A DNA stretch of 64,000 nt. Source: Camelus dromedarius (Eukaryota). The position numbers and the translations under genes were made by a program. The notes under the pieces are model-generated. The model did no database searches, was not told the origin of the DNA, and worked only from the letters and a program-made list of their open reading frames with translations. Below are positions 30,070-51,459 of this stretch, one piece after another. The stretch covers positions 10,912,001 through 10,976,000 of the forward strand of contig NC_087458.1 in NCBI RefSeq assembly GCF_036321535.1. The letters are read 5' to 3'. Each line of letters opens with the position of its first letter. The stretch's first letter is position 1.

Positions 30070-30494
30070 GGCACTGGTGCTGCAGCTGGGACGGACTGAG
30101 GCCGTCTGGGCACCAAGTCCTCCCTGCCCTGGCTTTGGAAAGCTCCTCTCTGTAGCCTGGGGGCTCGGACTCATGCCAGGGTCAGAGGCAGAGTTTTCAG
30201 AGGGGCTGGGGACCTTCCGAGGAGATGGAGAAAACTTGGCTCTTAGGCTTAGGAGAGGTGCCTAGTTGTCTGGCTCCTCCAAACTCTCCTCCCACAGTCC
30301 CTTTCCTGGATCTTTGTCTCTCCTTGCCCGTGTCTTCTGCAGCTTCTCTCCCCTTTCCCTCTGCACTTTCTCAGACTCTGTCTGCCTTTGCTCTGTGCCT
30401 GCCCTCTCTCTGCCTCCTTCTGCCGCCAAGCCTTTGTCTCTGTCTCTCTCCTCTCTCTCCTGTGTCTGTGTGTCTGTGGGTCTCCCTGTGGGTT

Positions 30495-30552
30495 CTTCCC
30501 AGCCTCTGTCCGCGCCAGCTCTTTTAATCGTATCGAGCTGCTATGATTGGCT
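30495..30552 (-). promoter_or_regulatory. ADAMTS4 core promoter (CCAAT plus TATA-like)
   Basis: Minus strand CCAATC (30545-30550) followed by ATTAAAAG (~30520-30528), upstream of a GA-rich 5' UTR. Confidence 0.5.
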
Positions 30553-33226
30553 GAGCTATAAGCCATTCAGCCAGGAGCTTTGTTGGTAGGACTCAAATGA
30601 GTGTCTCATTGCTTCCCAAACTCCTAATTTTTGTTTTCCTTTGAAAAAAAAAATGGGACTTGCCCAGGGGAGGGGAATCTCTAGCAGCCGGATGGATCAC
30701 AGGCACTGGTCCAGCTGATGACATAGCCTTTTCCCAAACTCTACTGTTGGCTCTCAGCTGTCTCTTTCCCTTTTTGGTGGGACAGAGCCCCAGGAGGGGT
30801 AGGAAGTCAGGGAAAGGGCCCAACCAATACGCACAGAAAGGACCATGGTCCCAGGAGAATTCTCGCTCTCACTATCTAACCTGGCACGGCCTCCTTTTTC
30901 TCAGGGATCCCTCTGCTGCCCTCTGCCCTTAGAGGCTGGTTTCCAGGGCTGAGGGAACTGAATGAGCTGCTAGGGAAAGAGGGTGGGGAACAGGTAAGGA
31001 AGCATCCAGGAAGGCAGAACAAAGAAAGGAGGTGGTTTGACATGGCTCAGGATGGGACCAAGAAGCTGGAGAGAGTACAGGAGGCAGGGAGAGGGGGCAG
31101 GCAAGAAGACAGTGACCAGGGAATGTACTGCCCAAAGGTAGGATGAGTCTGGTTAGAATGGGCACATGGAGCGGGCAGAGGACAAGGCAGGAGGGGTTAA
31201 TAACTTTTCCTTTTATAGAAGGAAGATCCAGAGTGGTACATCCTCTTCCCTAATGTCTCTTCTCTCCCTCTGGCTCCCCCTTCCTGAGTTACCACTCCCC
31301 ACCCCCTCCAAAGCCCAAACAGCCATTAAGCCTCCATTCCCTCCAAGGTTCCCCCTTCCCACTTCCTGACTCCCCATTTCTCTGGCCCAGCTCCCAGTAG
31401 CTTCCCCCAGGCTTTTGGCCCTGCTCCTACCCATTCCCAACTGCCCTGAACCCTCTTCCAGCCTCAAGTCAGCCAGTCCCCAGCACAGGAATGATTTTCT
31501 CCCTCTCAGGAACCCAGATGCACCCCGTGTCAATACAAAGGAGGGAATCCCCACCTGGTTCCCTTTTTTGGCCCCACCTTGTCCCAGCAAGAACCCTACA
31601 GTTCCTGGAATGTCTAGTAATCTTTTATTTCTCATTCCCCAGGGGACAGGGAGAGGGTGGATGCAGCATTGTGTTCACAGAAAAATCAGGGTACTGAGAG
31701 AAAAAGAAACCCAGTGCCTGGGATGGGGAGAGTGCTTGGGAAGGAAGAGGTGGTGTTAGGGAAAGGAAGCAAAATGATTCCCTTGGTTCTGGACTGGAGA
31801 GAACTCAGCAAAGTCTTAGGGGTGGACTCTCAAGGCAAGGAAGTAAAGGGTTCAGAAGTAGGGGCAATTTCTGCTCACCCCATGCTATGGCCACTCCTTT
31901 CCCCAGGATATCCCCAGGAAGGAGAGTACAGTCAGCACTTTCCTTTCCCGGAGGCAGACCACCTGCCCCTGCCCCCATTCTATTCACTCTCTGCCTTGTC
32001 ACCTCCTGTGCTCCACATCACATCCGCCATTGTACTTCCTTTCCCACTCCCTTCCTGCTCAGGTCACTAATACCTGCCTTGGTGTCCATCACTTCCTGTA
32101 TCACCCACCCCCTTCTGACTGCTAGACCCACCTCTTGACCACCACATGCCCTGACCCTAGTCCTAAGTGGAGGGGGTTGGGGCTGCAGGAGTCAGACAAA
32201 GGATGGGAGACCAGAAGGGGCAGGGGCAAGAGGAGCTATCACCAGAGGACTCTTATTGCCCCTTTCCACCCCCCTAACTGAGATGAGGACAAAGGGGGTG
32301 ACTAAGCAGTGACAGACAAAGGGCCTTAGAGTCCCAACAGCAGTGTGTGTGGGGGGTGTTGGCAGCAAGGAGAAGGCACAAAAGATTCAGTGTCCTAGAC
32401 AGCCCCCAGGATCCCTCACCCTAGTTGCAGCTCAAGTTGCCCCCTGGGCCAAGCAGCTCAGAGTCTGTCCTGACTTCTTCCAGGATGGATTAGGGCAAAT
32501 AAATGCAGTTCTCCTCATTTGTCCTCCCTCGCTATCACTGTATTCACTGCGTTCCAACTATAGAGGGAGAGAAGGTCCAGGAAGAGGTTGGGGAATGAGG
32601 AGGGCAGGGGGGCAGGCCCTCTGTCTGGCTCTGTGGGGACTGCCCAGCCTACCCAGGTCCCAGTCAGTTCCCGCAGCCAGGGATATGGCCCCACCCTTTG
32701 GTACAGTTCCCATTAGGTCAACTCCCAGGCTAGAAGTCTGGCTTTGCTCTCTTTCTTTGCAGCTAAGAATTCTGTCTCTGCCACTCTCCTGGTCTGTCTG
32801 CTCCACCCTGCCACAGGAACCCTGTCTAGGGGAGATCTGGGGAAGGCCTCTTTCCAGGCCCCAAGTGGGAGGGATGTGCAAACTAAACGGGTGGCCCAGC
32901 TGGAGCTGGGCTTGGGGACAGAGGGAGAGAACAGGAACTAGCTCCAAGGCTGGAGAAGTCTTCTTTGTCTCTTTCATACAGAATTGGGATCAGACTCCTA
33001 GTGGTTCTATGCCGTTGGCGGGGACTGAGGCCAGGTCAGAAAGATATGAGGTAAAAGAGACTGACCCAGGATGGAAGTGGAGTGCAAGCCACTGCCTGGG
33101 TTTGTAATTCTATGGAAGCCTGGCAGATATCAGGGTTACCCACAAGGGATCTTCTCTCCTCAACTGGGGTGAGGTGGCTCCTACACACCCTGGCAGCCGG
33201 CCCCAATGCTAGTGGCCTTGGCGTCC

Positions 33227-33229
<3 letters not shown>

Positions 33230-33270
<41 letters not shown>
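33230..33270. repeat. T41 homopolymer
   Basis: Direct reading of the sequence. Confidence 0.9.
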
Positions 33271-33272
<2 letters not shown>

Positions 33273-33539
33273 TTTTGGCTGGAGCTCTTAGACCCGCCCA
33301 GCCCCATTTGGGACCCCTTTCCTAATCCATTTAGGCCATCTGGAAATTAGCTGGCTTTCCCCGCTCCAAATCTTTTGGATTGAGGGACAGGGAGGTCATT
33401 GGCAAAGTCTGGCGCTAACCGAGGAGAGCAGCGCTCAGACACAGCTGGAGAGCAGGGCTACAGCAGCGGGGCAGCACAGATCGGGCATGGGGAAGACCCC
33501 CGCGTGAGTGTTCGCCAGGCACTGGGCGGCTGAGCACTT

Positions 33540-42130
<8,591 letters not shown>

Positions 42131-42280
42131 GCAGAGGGACAGCATTGGATCTCCCTGCCTGCCTGCATCGTTTGCGGAGTCTGTCCATTGTTGGAAATGG
42201 GCCTCTGTGTGTGTGTGTACACGTACATGAATGCTTAGTTGTCAGGCTTTCTGTGCATGTACTGAAAAAAGAGAAATTAT

Positions 42281-42286
42281 AATAAA
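42281..42286 (+). terminator. NDUFS2 polyadenylation signal
   Basis: AATAAA 150 nt after the stop. Confidence 0.75.
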
Positions 42287-42744
42287 TTAACCACCTTCTG
42301 GCCCCATGCACAGACGTCTGGTATGTCTTTCTCAGTATCTTATTGTCTTTCACTTTGATGGGAAACTTAATGAGTATTTGTTAACTGTCCACTTCTCTGT
42401 TAGACTCAGTCCTTAGAAATTTTTCCTGTTTATCTCCGCCCCCTTTTCTGACTCTTTGCCTTTCCACTTCTCTATTCCTCGTTTCCTATTTTCCCCTGCC
42501 TTCCCCGCCTTCCCAACCCTTCCCGCCCACATTAATTGGTAAACTCAAATCAAGATTGGGTACAAAGTTCCAGATGGGAGAGAAGGGGGCTATTGTGGGG
42601 TCTTAGAATCTCAAGGGGCAGTTTATCATGGATCTGTCTATGAACAGGGCTTCCCAAACATGGGAGCCCCCTCTTTCCCTGGTAGCAGGGGATTGGTCAC
42701 TGAAGGACGGAGGCATAAGAACCCAGGTCTCTTAGCTCCCTTAG

Positions 42745-42830
42745 TTGGTCCTTCCGGGAGCCGCCCAGTCTCTAGTGCAGGAAGGGGAAGGGGCCAGAGC
42801 TGGGGGAAGGCGTGGCAGGAAGGGGGGAAC
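42745..42830 (+). promoter_or_regulatory. FCER1G proximal promoter (ETS and Sp1 motifs)
   Basis: CTTCCGG 42751-42757 next to CCGCCC 42761-42766, plus additional AGGAAG motifs. Confidence 0.5.
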
Positions 42831-42924
42831 TGTGGTCAGGGAGCTGCTCGCTGGCAGAGCACAGCTGCGCAGTGCTGTCAGAGCGTCCGATTCCCAGCTC
42901 ACGGCCACTCAGCCCCTGCCCAAG

Positions 42925-45823
42925 ATGATTCCAGCAGTGGTCTTCCTCTTACTCCTTTTGGTTGAACAAGCAGGTGAGAGGGTTTGATGAGGGACAGTGA
43001 GCTGGGCTACAGGGTGGGAGTCAAGGGCCTGTGTCTGATGGCCGAGGCAGGGACAGATGGAGGAAGTCTGGCCCCGGCTAGATGGGCACGGAGACCCTGA
43101 GGCTGTCCTATCCAGTCCTCAGGGTACAGGAATCATAGTTTCTGCCTTTCTTGTCCCCTTCTTGCTTTCTCAGGCCTGATGTACGTGTAAGGCTTCAGTT
43201 TGGCAGAGGAGGGGAGTGGTGGTATGATACGAAAAGCTGGTCTGGGGAAAACTCCATTTCCCATGGTCAGTATTTTCTGTGGGGTGCCTTTGGTCATGCC
43301 CATTGGGAGCTGATCTCTAGTTGGTTAAATAATATTTATTAAGTCCCTTTTAGGAAAGCAGGGGCCTGCCCTTGTCTTCAGGAGTGAGGCAAGGATAGTC
43401 AAACACTTCATTGCTGCTTCTGTGGGTCATCACTAAGGTACCCCATCACGTCAACGGCTGATACGAGGGTGGGCAGCGTACAACGCCCAATTCTAGAGAC
43501 CCGAGCATCCGCTGAGAAATTGAGGCAGAAATGGAAAGGTCTCTGCAGCTCTGAGGCTTCACCCTCTGAAATCTCACTTGCTGCTCTCTTTGGGTTGTCT
43601 GTATATGTTTTGAAGAGGGATAGTTACAGCTGAGGTTTGGAGAGGAAGGGGTTAGTGAAACTTAAGGGAAAGTGGGGAAATTAAAAGAGATGGACTGAGA
43701 TGGAATTCCACCAGCCCAGCTGTGACGGTGGAGAAAAGGATTAAGTAAGCAGCCAGTCTGCTGCCCTGAGATGAGCAACCTGGGGCACTGAGGCAGAAAA
43801 GAGACGGCACAAACTTTGAAAGCAGAAAACCTGGATTTGAGTTCCAGCTCTGTCACTTAACTCTGGCCCTAAATCTAGTTAGTTAGCTCTTCTGAGCCCT
43901 GGTCTTATCACCTACAAAATGGCGATGACGTTTCTTTCCCTCACAGGGAAGTTTTGAGATTTATGCAATATTGTGTGTGAAACAGCGCCACAGGGTAAAA
44001 CATACTATACGGGTACCAGTCACACACCCATGAGCTCTTCTGATAAGAGTTGGAGCTGTTAGAAGCTGGAGCTCAGACCTTATTTGATTTTTTTTAATTG
44101 CAAACTAAAAACTTCCTCTCTCAGTGGCCCAGAGTGAGTGAGTAACAGGGCAGAGTACTCAGCCGGAATCCATACATCTTGTGGTCATTCTCCTGAACCT
44201 GGGCTAAGACATATTCAGCCTGTGTGCAGAGCCATCGGTAGCTATAAAGCCAAGGAAAGTGACATCTTGTTTTTACATATTTAAGTGTCTTGTAGGAGGA
44301 CGGAAAGCGATGTGGCTGAGGCTAGATGACCAATAATAGAGTGATTGCCTTCCCTCCCTTCCCCAGCTCACATCCTTCCTGTCCAGCCCTCAGCCACAGG
44401 TCACAGGACTTAGCAGAGACACTCCTGTGGTTTCGTCTCTGAAATTTGTCACTGCCCGCCCCCCACTACCCCTCGAAGGCTGAGGTTTTAGTCTTAGTTC
44501 AGTGAACTCAAATGGGCCCCTTGAGGACTATGGAGTGCTCAATGGTGCCTGAGGAACCCACAGGGCTAAAAAGAGGGTTCGGGGCTGAGGAGGAAGTCCT
44601 CAGCTCTCAGTACCCATCAGTTCCTTCATGACAGAACCCTTCACACTTTCTGTCCTACCCTCACCCTGAGGTGAGGGAAAAGAGGGAAAGGTGAGAGAAA
44701 TAGGAATCCAGAGAGGAAGATGAAGTTTCTTCCCTTGGAGGGTGCCCCTCCAGGCCCTGTCCTATCTCCCAGAGCCCTTTCCTTCTCTCCTCTGAGTCCC
44801 AGATCTTCCCTGCTGCCCCTGAGCCCACGGGTACCCTCTATCCCCTCAGCGGCCCTGGGAGAACCCCAGCTTTGCTATATCCTGGATGCAATCCTGTTTT
44901 TGTATGGTATTGTCCTCACCCTGCTCTACTGCCGACTCAAGGTAAGGTTGGGGCAGGGTGGGGTGAGGGCTTGGAAGGAGAAGTGGGAGAGTGGTGGCAG
45001 CAGGGCTTCAAGGAGATGGAGTAAAATGGTTCCCCTACAAAGTTTGGAGGGAAGGGGGATGGGCCAGTAACTTCGCCTGTACTAATGATCTTTCCCCTAC
45101 CCCAGCTCCAGGTGCGAAAAGCAGCTATAGCCAGCTATGAGGTATGGAACCTCCCTCCACTGGGTTTCAACAATTTTTCAAACTCTCAGCCCTTCTGGGG
45201 CTTTAGCCTTGAGGTCTGTGGCTTCTGGGTGTAGGGGCATGACACTAAGGTGCTGATCTGTATAAGCTTCTGAGGTCCCCTTCCCACCTCCTCCTAACTA
45301 CACTGCTACCTAGCCAAGTCACAAGTGAAATGTTCAGCAGGTGATGAGGAAGAGTCAAGTGCAGTGTGACAATGAGTACATGAGAGAGTTGTATGTTGAA
45401 TGTATATGTGTTTGTAGCCATGTGGGCAAATGTGCATTCATGCCCCAGAGTACCCATGTCAGTACCCTCTGGTCCAAAGGGGCCACCCCTGGCCAGAGAC
45501 TTCCCTGGGTGGTGAGAAGATGCTGAGGGGCCCTGTGAGAGGTGTGAGCTCTAATGCCTTGTCCCTTTTGCCTCTGCAGAAATCAGATGGTGTTTACACG
45601 GTGAGTGAACCTGCCTCCCCAACCCCCTACCCCAGTCCCAGGAAGTCAGCAAAAAAGAGTGGGCTTTTGAGTGACCTTTGGAAGGGGTAGGGCCTGTAGG
45701 GGTGGGATGGGCCCTGTGATGGACTCAAGCTCCTGACTATCCTCTGACCTCTACCTCCAGGGCCTGAGCACCCGGCACCAGGAGACTTATGAGACCCTGA
45801 AGCATGAGAAACCACCACAATAA
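42925..45823 (+). CDS. FCER1G: Fc epsilon receptor I gamma chain (FcR gamma)
   Basis: Exons 42925-42973, 44850-44941, 45106-45141, 45580-45600, 45761-45823; 86 aa. [33 protein letters not shown]... with ITAM YTGL-x7-YETL. Confidence 0.97.
43795..44000 (+). mobile_element. MIR SINE in FCER1G intron 1
   Basis: cctggatttgagttccagctctgtcactta...ctcttctgagccctggtcttatcacctacaaaatgg. Confidence 0.6.
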
Positions 45824-46062
45824 CCTTAGAACAGATGCCCTTGGACACATCCTTCTTCCACTCTCCTCCCAGCCCTCATGGTTGGCAGCTGACCCTATCC
45901 CTGTAATGACCCTATACCCCCACCCCTCATTAATAGACACCTCTCTGTCAAAGACCTCAGATGCTCTTCATCAATGTTTATATTCTAGTCTCACCCACTT
46001 ACACCACCCTTCCCCTCTTCTCCATTTCAACTCCCACTAAACAATGGAAAGGAACTGTCATC

Positions 46063-46068
46063 AATAAA
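46063..46068 (+). terminator. FCER1G polyadenylation signal
   Basis: AATAAA 240 nt after the stop. Confidence 0.75.
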
Positions 46069-47579
46069 GCCACCACAGACTGGACTCTAGTCATTCATTC
46101 ATTTAACATATACTTATTAAGCCTCTACTAGTCTAGACTGGTTACTGAAGACATTTTGAGTAAGGCAAACTCAGTTCCTGACCTTCCAGAGTTCACAGGT
46201 TAGTAGACTTCAGGGCTGTTTTGCTTGATTAAGGGATGAATGTTGACTGTGACTTGGGGAAGGACCCCTTCATTCTCTAGCATGGAACTGGAACAGGAAG
46301 TAATGTATTGAGAGTCTAGGCACATTCAGAGACATTTGAACCCAAGAAATGACTTCTGTACCCATCCTGGCCTCCTGTGTCTGACAACTGAAACAAGGCT
46401 GGGTTGTGGGAAAGCCTGGCTGTCCAACCCCAAATAGTCACCAATCCAGATGAGAGTGGGCTTCAGGGAGCAGTGTGAGCACAGCTCTTAATATACACAC
46501 ATACAGGCATTAGCATAGCTGAAAAGCCAAACACACAAATGGGATGGTGTGTTGAAAGCTTGTGTGACACTCCTAATGGAAGGCTTTATGAGAACAGTGA
46601 GTTTTCAGTGGATTCTGGGACAAGAGGGACCTGAGGGGCCAGATAGGGGTTGGAGGTGGGTAAGGCAAAGGAGAACAAGTCTGGTCCAGATAGGAGGTCA
46701 GCTTCTCCGAACACATGGGTGAGCAGTGAAGGAAACCCCCTTGTCAATGCCTGTCCTGTTTCTAGGCAGGGTTCCCTGGAAGTATCTGAAACTCATCAGA
46801 GACTGCCAGTCCTACTTGTGACCCAGCAGCCCTGACCAAATGGGTCTAGAGTCCCCAGGCTTACCCCAGCAAGTCTCCATACTTTGCAATACTTTGCACT
46901 GCATGGTGACTTACACTTTCCAATATGTTTTCCAGCTTATTGTACCATTTGATCTACTCACTAACCCTGTGAGTAAATTCAGGCTCTTTGAAGTTAGTTA
47001 ACCTGTCCAAGGTCATCTGGCAAGTGACAGACATATCTCTGTCCCTGCACATTTTGCCATGTGAGGGAAAAAAAAAAGACACCAAGAAAGAAAGGGGAAG
47101 AAAGTAATCGTAAGTGGTGAGGGTCTTGAAGGCCAGACTGAAGAGGCTGATTAATATAAAGAAGAAATTGGAGCCATCTCTGGTGTCTGGGAAAAGGTGA
47201 TTTCAGATGAGATATGAGAAATGAGTCAGGATAGGGAAGAAACGATTTTAAAGATAAAGTAGAAATAAAGTTTTATTGGAAAAATGCTCATTTTCCCATT
47301 TTGGGATTGTGAGTTTCCTGCATCAGTCCAGCCTGATTTCCATTCCATTTTGATTTAATCCAGGTATCACAGCTACCAAAGTTTCTCAAGGCCCACATGT
47401 CTACCAAGTTGAAGACCTGTCAGGCCTTTAAGTGGCTGTCGCATCTACTGGTTCCAGGCTCTAAGATGGCTACCAGAACTTAGGCCAGAATAGCACCCAC
47501 ATAATAGTGGGGGAGAAGCTTGGAATGGGTGTTCCCCAGACAGGGGGGTCTAGGTGAGAGGTTTTAAATGGAAGGATTA

Positions 47580-47687
47580 TTAGGGGGATGGGTAAAACTC
47601 AGTGGCAGAGCACATGCTTAGCATGCACAAGGTCCGGGGTTCAATCCCCAGTACCAGTGCCTCCATTAAAAAATAATAATAATAAAA
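47580..47687 (+). mobile_element. tRNA-Ala-derived SINE, camelid type, between FCER1G and APOA2
   Basis: Diverged A/B-box head (ctcagtggcagagc...ggggttcaatcccc) and A-rich tail. 15-nt TSD taaatggaaggatta at 47565-47579 and 47688-47702. Confidence 0.87.
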
Positions 47688-48209
47688 TAAATGGAAGGAT
47701 TAGAGCCCTTTTGGGGAGAGGAGTGAACCCAGATCTTACTGCAGGATAAGAGGAAGCACAGCGTTCTTCTGGCTCAGAAGGGAAGAGGGGGCCTTGGGTG
47801 ACACCTTTGGGCTCATTTTTGGGAAGCTTTCTCCTCTTCATAGTATGACAGAGGAAATTCTGACGGGTGTTGTCATTTCCTGTGACCTCCAGGAGTCTAG
47901 GGATTCGGTTCATGAATCCTTCATGCTTTTCATGGTTCCATGTCCAAGGCAAAGGCTCTTTATTCTCCCCAACAGGGGTGTTTCCAGGACTGTAGGAAGA
48001 TTCCTTGGATTTGGAGAAGACTTACGGGCACCCCCACGTTGTCACTTCCATCATTTATTTTTTTCAACCCTTTCCCCACCCCTTCACACCAAAACCCATC
48101 TCCTGTTAGAAGCAGATTTCTCTTTGTTCTCCCCACGATTCCTCCCTCACTATCCCTATTTCTCTCAGTCCCCAAAACATACCAGGCTCACAACTTGACT
48201 CCTTCAGTA

Positions 48210-48215
48210 TTTATT
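48210..48215 (-). terminator. APOA2 polyadenylation signal
   Basis: TTTATT on the + strand about 100 nt past the stop. Confidence 0.75.
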
Positions 48216-48311
48216 GTAGAAAACAAGGACTAGGTGGGGAAAGGAGCTCTAGGTCTGGCCCGTTGGTATTCAAGAGGCCCGCTGGGGATGGAAGATAATG
48301 GTCTAGACATC

Positions 48312-48940
48312 TCACTGGGCAGGAGGCTGTGTTTTGAGGTCCATGAAATTGCTCAGGAAGTTAATCAGATCAGTTCCAGCCTTCTTGACCAGGGGTGTCA
48401 GCTGCTCCTGTGTCTTCTCAAAGTAAGCCCTGGATATGTAAGGGATTAGAAGTCACCGTGAAGAATTGGCAGGGACCTTGGTGGTGGTGGGAGGTGAGAC
48501 CCAAGTCCCCAAACTCTAGTGCTTGGTCTGTCTTGGCATGGCAAAGCTCCTAGGAGGAGAGGTAAGCCCTCCACCGAGCATAGTAATAGACCCGAGAGAT
48601 AGAAATTCAAAGCCCAGTTCCTGCTGCCCAAGAAGTCCATGGGATCTATGGGGTGATCAAGGAATTTTCTCTCCAATTTAAATCCCATCCTCCCTAAACC
48701 CGACTCATGAGCTCAGACTTTGTGGGACCTCCTGGCTTCCCTTCTTTCTCTCCACAGCCCCCTGGTCCCTGAACCCCTTTTGCTGAGACTTACTTGGCCT
48801 GGGTTTGAAGCTCTGAGCCCTTGGCCTTCTCTACCAGGTCCTTGCCATAGTCGGTCACGGTCTGGAAGTACTGAGAGACCAGGCTCTGCAGACTTGGCTC
48901 CTCTGCCTGTCTCCGAACCAAAGCCCCTGCACACACACAG

Positions 48941-49006
<66 letters not shown>

Positions 49007-49303
49007 TTCTTAGCTGGGTCCCCAACAATGGGTCCCACTTCTCTGCCAGTATCCAGCCCCAGCTCTCAGCCCTCTCCCCAAACAGGTATCCAGCTCCAGG
49101 TCTTTGGATGGGCTTTCTGGGCTTTAGAGAGGGGATGATTTTCCTTTTAAGCTCCCTGGTTGCCAGACCTGGGCATAGGAGCACAGTCTGATAAACAGCT
49201 AGGACCCAAGCACCTTCTCCTCCTTAGGACCCGTCCCCGTATCACACACACCTTCAAGGCTACAGATGGTGAGGAGCAGCACAGTCACTGCAAGCAGCTT
49301 CAT
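48312..49303 (-). CDS. APOA2: Apolipoprotein A-II
   Basis: Coding exons 49252-49303, 48794-48926, 48312-48429; 100 aa: [100 protein letters not shown]. Non-coding exon 1 ends at the donor at 49493. Confidence 0.96.
48930..49003. repeat. (AC)30 plus (CA)5 microsatellite at the APOA2 intron 2 acceptor
   Basis: AC repeats at 48943-49002 and a short CA run at 48930-48939. Confidence 0.95.
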
Positions 49304-49548
49304 GGTGTTAACAGTGGGGAAAGTGGCCTGCAAACAGTTGGGGGTAGGGGAGGACACTGAAGCTGAATGGGCTTCAGCCCCTCCCCAGGGACCCCTACCT
49401 ACATATCCACACCAACCTTGTTCCCTCCCCTTCCACAATTAAAACCTGGTCCCCTTTGGATGCTGCCCACACCTCTTGCTCCCTTACTGTACCTAGTCGG
49501 CGTCACTGTCCTTGCCGTCTGTGCCTGGCCTGACTGGGGAGGCAGGGA

Positions 49549-49556
49549 CTATATAT
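49549..49556 (-). promoter_or_regulatory. APOA2 TATA box
   Basis: Minus strand GATATATAG about 25-30 nt upstream of the exon 1 sequence AGGCACAGAC. Confidence 0.65.
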
Positions 49557-51459
49557 CTGTCTGCTTCCCCACCCCCATGTCAGGTGACAAGGACTTTGGA
49601 AGGGCCCAGTGGGGCAGGGGCCATGTTGGAGTAAACAAGCTGGAGAAATGGGGAAGGAGAGGACAAGCACGTGGGGGGACTCATGGGGACTGGACGGGAG
49701 GCAGGGGGTGCAGGCCTTAGTGCATTCCAAGGGGGCATACTTTAGGCCTATTCAAGATTCATTCCTTTTGAGGCTGAGGCTAGTAGTCCTTGGATTTGAA
49801 TGCTGCAGGANNNNNNNNNNNNNNNNNNNNNNNNNNNNNNNNNNNNNNNNNNNNNNNNNNNNNNNNNNNNNNNNNNNNNNNNNNNNNNNNNNNNNNNNNN
49901 NNNNNNNNNNNNNNNNNNNNNNNNNNNNNNNNNNNNNNNNNNNNNNNNNNNNNNNNNNNNNNNNNNNNNNNNNNNNNNNNNNNNNNNNNNNNNNNNNNNN
50001 NNNNNNNNNNNNNNNNNNNNNNNTCAGCCCTTAGCATCTTTGTTCCGTTACGGGTAGATTTCAGCTCCCAACCCTAATCCCCTTTTGCTGCAACTTGGCA
50101 GAGAGGTATTGGGGAACAGAAGAAAGAAGAAAGGAGATGAAATCAGGGGCAGGGGTGAGGGGAATGCTGGCTTGGGTCAGAGGGCAAGTGTGATTGATTC
50201 TGCCCCTTTTTAAGTTAATGTGTAATGAGACCAGGGAGAAACCACTAGAGCCAAGAATGACCTTCCTGAGTGCTGATAAATGAGCACAGCCCACCCCCAA
50301 TAAAACAAATTCAGAAAGCAGCCTCTGCCCTCCCCCTCCCAATTAGAGTGCTCTGGCAGGAAAAAAGGTGAGTTGAGAGGCTTCCACCAAGGATAAAGTT
50401 GGGAGGTCTTTGGTCATTTGGATCACCTTATCAATTCTAGGTGGTGGTCAGCCAATGTGTGTCAGCAGGGACCATAGCATCCCTTTGACCAAGGCCCCAG
50501 TCCTTATCCCAACCCTGACTGTGAGGGAGGGCAGAAGTACACTTCTAGGCCCAAGGCATTTGGGTGAAATCAGCCAGATATCAGAAGAATTCGTATCCTT
50601 CATCATTTTGCCCTCAAAGTGTATGTAGAACATTCCTAAGAGATGGGAGTGGACATGTGAGTGCTAGTGAGGAAGGTGACCAGAGTCCAAGAAATCATAC
50701 TCCATCTTCAATTATTTCTCTGTGGAGCACTTAGTACTTGAAGGGCATGCCATTAATTTGTTCGTGGCTTTGTAGTGGAGTGCATTTGAAGTCAGGAGTC
50801 CGTATTCCTAGATATTATTTGCCAGCTCTGCCTGGGGAATCAGGGAAGGAAGGATTAACTATAGGGGTCAGCTGTTTCAGGGACTTGTTCTGCTAGAACT
50901 AAGGCTGCAGCCCCTGCTCCTCTACCCCAAACTCTCACACTTATTCCCATTCCATCGAGGGGACAAGGGGCCGAACTTTGAGAGGTGTAGACCTCCAGGA
51001 GGGAAGTGTGGCTCCATTTTCCTCGAGAGAGCTGTACCTGAGACTAGGACTCATTTGGAGGTGTACCGTATACTGTGAAGAACTGTGATGAGAAGTCCCC
51101 AGGGGTTCCTGTGGGGTGGGCGTGGGGTGCGCCCAGGAGTGGTATGAAGCAGTGTTCTGTTCGAAAGAAGTTTTTACAGTCGTTTCCTGGGCCACCCTTC
51201 AAAAACACGTATCCAGGCTATGTGGTGGAATGGACTTCAGTGGCTCAAGCTCCAAGATGCTCCCTCTAGTGTCTTGTACGCTTAAAGGTTTTTCTCGACC
51301 TTGGAGAGGCAGGGCGATCTAAGGCCACCTACCAGAGTCAGTCTAAGGACCTATCAAATCCCGTCTGTCTCTACCTCTCTGGATGCGAGGTCTGCCATTC
51401 CTTTGCTTCCTTCTCTCCCATTGGCCCCTGGGAGATCGAGGCAGCTTTTTCCTTTTTCT

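Noticed and set aside
23069-30265. Long plus-strand ORFs (for example 29693-30265, 23069-23395)
   Set aside because: Antisense shadows of GC-rich ADAMTS4 exons.
32343-33107. 254-aa ORF in the ADAMTS4-NDUFS2 intergenic region
   Set aside because: Non-ATG start, no recognisable domain and no splice context; likely chance in G-rich DNA. A tBLASTn conservation check would settle it.
48713-49184. VC/HT-repeat ORFs
   Set aside because: Translations of the CA/TG microsatellite.
50214-50226. HNF1-like GTTAATGTGTAAT upstream of APOA2
   Set aside because: Plausible enhancer element, but the match is partial and its distance to the TSS is uncertain because of the gap.
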